NCBI RefSeq assembly: GCF_009914755.1
Contig: NC_060939.1
DNA from: the human T2T-CHM13v2.0 reference genome, Homo sapiens
DNA: 64,000 nt
Reading direction: 5' to 3' (one strand)
Shown: positions 57,501 through 64,000 of the stretch, piece after piece
Numbering within the stretch: the stretch's first letter is position 1
Layout of the letters: the number at the start of each line of letters is the position of its first letter
Notes under the pieces: model-generated
What the model was told of the DNA's origin: nothing
Seen by the model: only the letters and a program-made list of their open reading frames with translations
Databases searched by the model: none
Translations under genes and position numbers: made by a program

Positions 57501-60500
57501 GTCCATTCAATTCCATTCCTTTCGTTCCCATTCCATTTGATGCCATTCCATTCAATTCTGTTCTACTCGACTCCAATACATTCAATTCCATTCCATCCGA
57601 TTCCATTACATTCTTTTCATTTCTTATCCATTTCAAGCCATTCCACTCCATTCCATTCCACTCGTTTCCTTTCCATTCGAGTCCATTCCTCTCCAGTCCA
57701 TTCCGTTCAATCCATTCCATTCCAGTCCATTCCATTCGAGTCCGTTCCATTCCAGTCCACTCCATTCTAGTCAATTCCATCCCATTCGATGTCTTTCCAT
57801 AACGATCCATTCCATTCTATTCCTTTCGATTCCATTCCATTCTATTTCATTGCATTCGATTCCCTTCCATTGGACTCCTTTCCATTCGAGTGCATTCCAT
57901 TCCGTTCCATTTCTTTCCGTTCTGTACGATTCCTACCGTTCGATTTCATTTTGTTCCAGTCCATTCCTTTCGCGTCCATTCCATTCCATTTCACTCCATT
58001 CGATTCCATTCCACTCGATTCCACTTCGTTCCATTTCATTGCATTCCATTCTATTCAACTCTATTGCCTTCCATTCCATTCCATTCGATTACATTCCATG
58101 CGATTCCATTCGAAATCGAATCAATTACATTGCAATCCATTACTATTGAGTCCATTTTATTCCAGTCCACTGCATTCTGGTCCATTCCATTTGATTCCAT
58201 TCCATTCTATTCCATTCCATACAGTTGCATTCCATTGGATTCCATTCTATATCTATAAATTCAATTCGAGACCATTGCTTTTGAATCCATTCTATATGAT
58301 TCCATTCCATTCAAGTCCATTACATTTGGTTCAATTCCATTCCATTGCATTCCCTTCCATTCCATTCCAGTTGATATCAATCCATTCGATTCCATTCCAT
58401 TCGAGCACATTCCATTTGAGTCCATTCCATTCGATGCCATTCCATTTGATTCTATTCCATTAGTTTCCATTCTATTCCATTAATCTCCATTCCATTCCAT
58501 TCTTCTCCAACTGATTCCATTCCATTCTATTCCTTTCCATTCCATTTCATTCCATTCCATTCCATTTCATTCCATTCCATTCCATTCGTGTCCATTCCAC
58601 TCCAGTCCATTCCATTCGTGTCCATTCCATTCCAGTCCATTCCATTTCTGTCCACTGCATTCCATTCCACTCCATTCCATATTATTCCATTACACTCCAT
58701 TCCATTCTATTACTTTCATTTCCATTCAATTCCATTCCGTTTGATTCCATTCCACTCGGTTTCATTCCATTTGAGTCCACTCCATTCCATTCCATTCCAT
58801 TCCATTCCATTCAGTTCCATTCCATTCTGTTCCATTCCATTCCGTTCCATTACATTCCATTCCATTCGGTACCATTCCATATTGTTCCATTCGATTCCAT
58901 TCGAATCCATTCCATTCCAGTCCATTCCATTCGATTCCATTCCATTCATTTCAATTCCATTCCATTCCATTCCATTACATTCCACTTGATTCCTCTCCAT
59001 TCCCTTCCACTGCATTCCGTTCGATTCCATTCCATTGCATTGCATTCCATTCCATTGGATTGCATTCCATTCGATTCCATTCCATTCGAATCAATTACAT
59101 AGCAATCCATTACATTCGAGTCTATTCTATTCCGTTCCATTCGATTTCGTTCCAATCCATTCGATTCCATTCCATTCGACTCCATTCCATACTATTGCAT
59201 TCCATTCTATTACATTATATTCGAATAAGTTCCATTCAAGACCATTTCTTTTGAGTCCATTCTATTTGAGTCCATTCCCTTTGATTCCATAACATTTGAG
59301 TCCATTCAATTCCATTCCTTTCGTTTGCATTCCATTTGATGCCATTCCATTCAATTCTGTTCTACTCGACTCCAATACATTCAATTCCATTCCATCCGAT
59401 TCCATTACATTCTTTTCATTTCTTATCCATTTCAAGCCATTCCACTCCATTCCATTCCACTCGTTTCCTTTCCATTCGAGTCCATTCCTCTCCAGTCCAT
59501 TCCGTTCAATCCATTCCATTCCAGTCCATTCCATTCGAGTCCGTTCCATTCCAGTCCATTCCATTCGAGTCAATTCCATTCCATTCGATGTCTTTCCATA
59601 ACGATCCATTCCATTCTATTCCTTTCGATTCCATTCCATTCTATTTCATTCCATTCGATTCCCTTCCATTGGACTCCTTTCCATTCGAGTGCATTCCATT
59701 CCGTTCCATTTCTTTCCGTTCTGTACGATTCCTACCGTTCGATTTCATTTTGTTCCAGTCCATTCCTTTCGCGTCCATTCCATTCCATTTCACTCCATTC
59801 GATTCCATTCCACTCGATTCCACTTCGTTCCATTTCATTGCATTCCATTCTATTCAACTCTATTGCCTTCCATTCCATTCCATTCGATTACATTCCATGC
59901 GATTCCATTCGAAATCGAATCAATTACATTGCAATCCATTACTATTGAGTCCATTTTATTCCAGTCCACTGCATTCTGGTCCATTCCATTTGATTCCATT
60001 CCATTCTATTCCATTCCATACAGTTGCATTCCATTGGATTCCATTCTATATCTATAAATTCAATTCGAGACCATTGCTTTTGAATCCATTCCATAGGATT
60101 CCATTCCATTCAAGTCCATTACATTTGGTTCAATTCCATTCCATTCCATTCCCTTCCATTCCATTCCAGTTGATATCAATCCATTCGATTCCATTCCATT
60201 CGAGCACATTCCATTCCAGTCCATTCCATTCGATGCCATTCCATTTGATTCTATTCCATTAGTCTCCATTCAATTCCATTAATCTCCATTCCATTCCATT
60301 CTACTCCAACTGATTCCATTCCATTCTATTCCTTTCCATTCCATTCCATTCCATTCCATTCCATTTCATTCCATTCCATTCCATTCGCTTCCATTCCATT
60401 CGTGTCCATTCCACTCCAGTCCATTCCATTCGTGTCCATTCCATTCCAGTCCATTCCATTTGTGTCCACTGCATTCCATTCCACTCCATTCCATATTATT

Positions 60501-62300
60501 CCATTACACTCCATTCCATTCTATTACTTTCATTTCCATTCAATTCCATTCCATTTGATTCCATTCCACTCGGTTTCATTCCATTTGAGTCCACTCCATT
60601 GCATTCCATTCCATTCCATTCAGTTCCATTCCATTCTGTTCCATTCCATTCCGTTCCATTGCATTCCATTCCATTCGGTACCATTCCATATTGTTCCATT
60701 CGATTCCATTCGAATCCATTCCATTCCAGTCCATTCCATTCGATTCCATTCCATTCCTTTCAATTCCATTCCATTCCATTCCATTCCACTTGATTCCACT
60801 CCATTCCCTTCCACTGCATTCCATTCGATTCCATTCCATTGCATTGCATTACATTCCATTGGACTGCATTCCATTCGATTCCATTCCATTCGAATCAATT
60901 ACATAGCAATCCATTACATTCGAGTCTATTCTATTCCGTTCCATTCGATTTCATTCCAATCCATTCGACTCCATTCCATTCGATTCCATTCCATACTATT
61001 GCATTCCATTCTATTACATTATATTCGAATAAGTTCCATTCAAGACCATTTCTTTTGAGTCCATTCTATTTGAGTCCATTCCCTTTGATTCCATAACATT
61101 TGAGTCCATTCAATTCCATTCCTTTCGTTTCCATTCCATTTGATGCCATTCCACTCAATTCTGTTCTACTCGACTCCAATACATTCAATTCCATTCCATC
61201 CGATTCCATTACATTCTTTTCATTTCTTATCCATTTCAAGCCATTCCACTCCATTCCATTCCACTCGTTTCCTTTCCATTCGAGTCCATTCCTCTCCAGT
61301 CCATTCCGTTCAATCCATTCCATTCCAGTCCATTCCATTCGAGTCCGTTCCATTCCAGTCCATTCCATTCGAGTCAATTCCATTCCATTCGATGTCTTTC
61401 CATAACGATCCATTCCATTCTATTCCTTTCGATTCCATTCCATTCTATTTCATTCCATTCGATTCCCTTCCATTGGACTCCTTTCCATTCGAGTGCATTC
61501 CATTCCGTTCCATTTCTTTCCGTTCTGTACGATTCTTACCGTTCGATTTCATTTTGTTCCAGTCCATTCCTTTCGCGTCCATTCCATTCCATTTGACTCC
61601 ATTCGATTCCATTCCACTCGATTCCACTTCGTTCCATTTCATTGCATTCCATTCTATTCAACTCTATTGCCTTCCATCCATTCCATTCGATTACATTCCA
61701 TGCGATTGCATTCGAAATAGAATCAATTACATTGCAATCCATTACTATTGAGTCCGTTTTATTCCAGTCCACTGCATTCTGGTCCATTCCATTTGATTCC
61801 ATTCCATTCTATTCCATTCCATACAGTTGCATTCCATTGGATTCCATGCTATATCTATAAATTCAATTCGAGACCATTGCTTTTGAGTCCATTCTATATG
61901 ATTCCATTCCATTCAAGTCCATTACATTTGGTTCAATTCCATTCCATTTCAGTTGATATCAATCCATTCGATTCCATTCCATTCGAGCACATTCCATTCG
62001 AGTCCATTCCATTCGATGCCATTCCATTTGATTCTATGCCATTAGTCTCCATTCAATTCCATTAATCTCCATTCCATTCCATTCTACTCCAACTGATTCC
62101 ATTCCATTCTATTCCTTTCCATTCCATTTCATTCCATTCCATTCCATTTCATTCCATTCCATTCCATTCGTGTCCATTCCACTCCAGTCCATTCCATTCG
62201 TGTCCATTCCATTCCAGTCCATTCCATTTGTGTCCACTGCATTCCATTCCACTCCATTCCATATTATTCCATTACACTCCATTCCATTCTATTACTTTCA
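51600..62300 (+). repeat. Tandem duplication of a 5387-bp trimer (1799+1804+1784)
   Basis: Private variants recur at +5387: CCATAGG 54704/60091, as do CGTTCCCA, CACTCCATTCTAGTC, TTAGTTTCC and TTCTTACC. ATAGAATC 56331/61717, TTTCAGTTGA and CTATGCC recur at +5386 after a 1-bp deletion. Boundaries are approximate. Confidence 0.93.
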
Positions 62301-64000
62301 TTTCCATTCAATTCCATTCCATTTGATTCCATTCCACTCGGTTTCATTCCATTTGAGTCCACTCCATTCCATTCCATTCCATTCCATTCCATTCAGTTCC
62401 ATTCCATTCTGTTCCATTCCATTGCGTTCCATTACATTCCATTCCATTCGGTACCATTCCATATTGTTCCATTCGATTCCATTCGAATCCATTCCATTCC
62501 AGTCCATTCCATTCGATTCCATTCCATTCATTTCAATTCCATTCCATTCCATTCCATTACATTCCACTTGATTCCTCTCCATTCCCTTCCACTGCATTCC
62601 GTTCGATTCCATTCCATTGCATTGCATTCCATTCCATTGGATTGCATTCCATTCGATTCCATTCCATTCGAATCAATTACATAGCAATCCATTACATTCG
62701 AGTCTATTCTATTCCGTTCCATTCGTTTTCGTTCCAATCCATTCGATTCCATTCCATTCGATTCCATTCCATACTATTGCATTCCATTCTATTACATTAT
62801 ATTCGAATAAGTTCCATTCAAGACCATTTCTTTTGAGTCCATTCTATTTGAGTCCATTCCCTTTGATTCCATAACATTTGAGTCCATTCAATTCCATTCC
62901 TTTCGTTTCCATTCCATTTGATGCCATTCCACTCAATTCTGTTCTACTCGACTCCAATACATTCAATTGCATTCCATCCGATTCCATTACATTCTTTTCA
63001 TTTCTTATCCATTTCAAGCCATTCCACTCCATTCCATTCCACTCGTTTCCTTTCCATTCGAGTCCATTCCTCTCCAGTCCATTCCGTTCAATCCATTCCA
63101 TTCCAGTTCATTCCATTCGAGTCCGTTCCATTCCAGTCCTCTCTATTCGAGTCAATTCCATCCCATTCGATGTCTTTCCATAACGATCCATTCCATTCTA
63201 TTCCTTTCGATTCCATTCCATTCTATTTCATTCAATTCGATTCCCTTCCATTGGACTCCTTTCCATTCGAGTGCATTCCATTCCGTTCCATTTCTTACCG
63301 TTCTGTACGATTCCTACCGTTCGATTTCATTTTGTTCCAGTCCATTCCTTTCGCGTCCATTCCATTCCATTTCACTCCATTCGATTCCATTCCACTCGAT
63401 TCCACTTCGTTCCATTTCATTGCATTCCATTCTATTCAACTCTATTGCCTTCCATTCCATTCCATTCGATTACATTCCATGCGATTCCGTTCGAAATCGA
63501 ATCAATTACATTGCAATCCATTACTATTGAGTCCATTTTATTCCAGTCCACTGCATTCTGGTCCATTCCATTTGATTCCATTCCATTCTATTCCATTCCA
63601 TACAGTTGCATTCCATTGGATTCCATTCTATATCTATAAATTCAATTCGAGACCATTGCTTTTGAATCCATTCTATATGATTCCATTCCATTCAAGTCCA
63701 TTACATTTGGTTCAATTCCATTCCATTCCATTCCCTTCCATTCCATTCCAGTTGATATCAATCCATTCGATTCCATTCCATTCGAGCACATTCCATTCCA
63801 GTCCATTCCATTCGATGCCATTCCATTTGATTCTATTCCATTAGTCTCCATTCAATTCCATTAATCTCCATTCCATTCCATTCTACTCCAACTGATTCCA
63901 TTCCATTCTATTCCTTTCCATTCCATTTCATTCCATTCCATTCCATTTCATTCCATTCCATTCCATTCGCTTCCATTCCATTCGTGTCCATTCCACTCCA

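Larger units (their letters stand above)
1..64000 (+). repeat. Human satellite 3 (HSat3/SatIII) array of diverged (CATTC)n pentamers, ~1.8-kb monomer; probably D15Z1/HSat3A5-like (chr15p heterochromatin)
   Basis: The dominant pentamer is CATTC, with CGATT, CGAGT and CAGTC variants throughout and no unique sequence. The landmark TTG(A/T)GTCCATTCAATTCC recurs at 402, 2151, 3950, 5744, 7538, 9302, 11081, 12851, 14610, 16389, 18148, 19942, 21701, 23495, 25254, 27013, 28772, 30576, 32370, 34169, 35958, 37747, 39541, 41332, 43120, 44914, 46713, 48507, 50306, 52110, 53909, 55713, 57497, 59296, 61100 and 62878 (spacing 1749-1804 bp). Family call is high confidence; the chr15 assignment rests on the 1.8-kb KpnI periodicity and is less certain (~0.7). 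Confidence 0.97.

Noticed and set aside
1-64000. CRISPR-like array or other repeat-spacer system
   Set aside because: There are no unique spacers between constant repeats and no cas or other genes; all intervening sequence is itself repeated every ~1.8 kb.
1-64000. HSat2 (chr1 1.77-kb unit) or DYZ1 (Yq 3.6-kb unit) identity
   Set aside because: Long runs of plain CATTC dominate and the HSat2-type CATTCGATGATG ~23-26-bp motif is absent. The basic period is 1.8 kb; the 3.55-3.59-kb periods are only local two-copy duplications of near-identical monomers.
1-64000. Embedded transposon (Alu/L1), inversion, telomeric repeat or alpha-satellite/CENP-B box
   Set aside because: On reading through I saw no non-satellite insert, poly-A tail, GGAAT-oriented segment on the + strand, TTAGGG run or 171-bp periodicity. 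The unbroken landmark spacing leaves no room for an insert larger than ~50 bp.

Overview
The whole 64 kb is one uninterrupted, single-orientation array of classical human satellite 3 (diverged CATTC/GGAAT pentamers, C-rich strand on +). It is organised as about 35.8 tandem copies of a ~1.75-1.80 kb monomer carrying one KpnI site (GGTACC) per copy. This organisation matches the D15Z1 / HSat3A5-type array of the human chromosome 15 short arm; that assignment is recalled from the literature and was not checked by alignment. I see no genes, RNA genes, transposons or inversions, and every listed ORF is a by-product of translating pentamer repeats. I cannot support a novel protein-coding or CRISPR-like system here. 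The informative signal is the layered repeat architecture: pentamer, an old internal duplication within the monomer, the 1.8-kb monomer with a fixed -1 pentamer phase slip, and young local dimer (3553 and 3593 bp) and trimer (5387 bp) duplications. On top of that lie haplotype domains, mosaic variant sharing over up to ~23 kb, and CpG decay.
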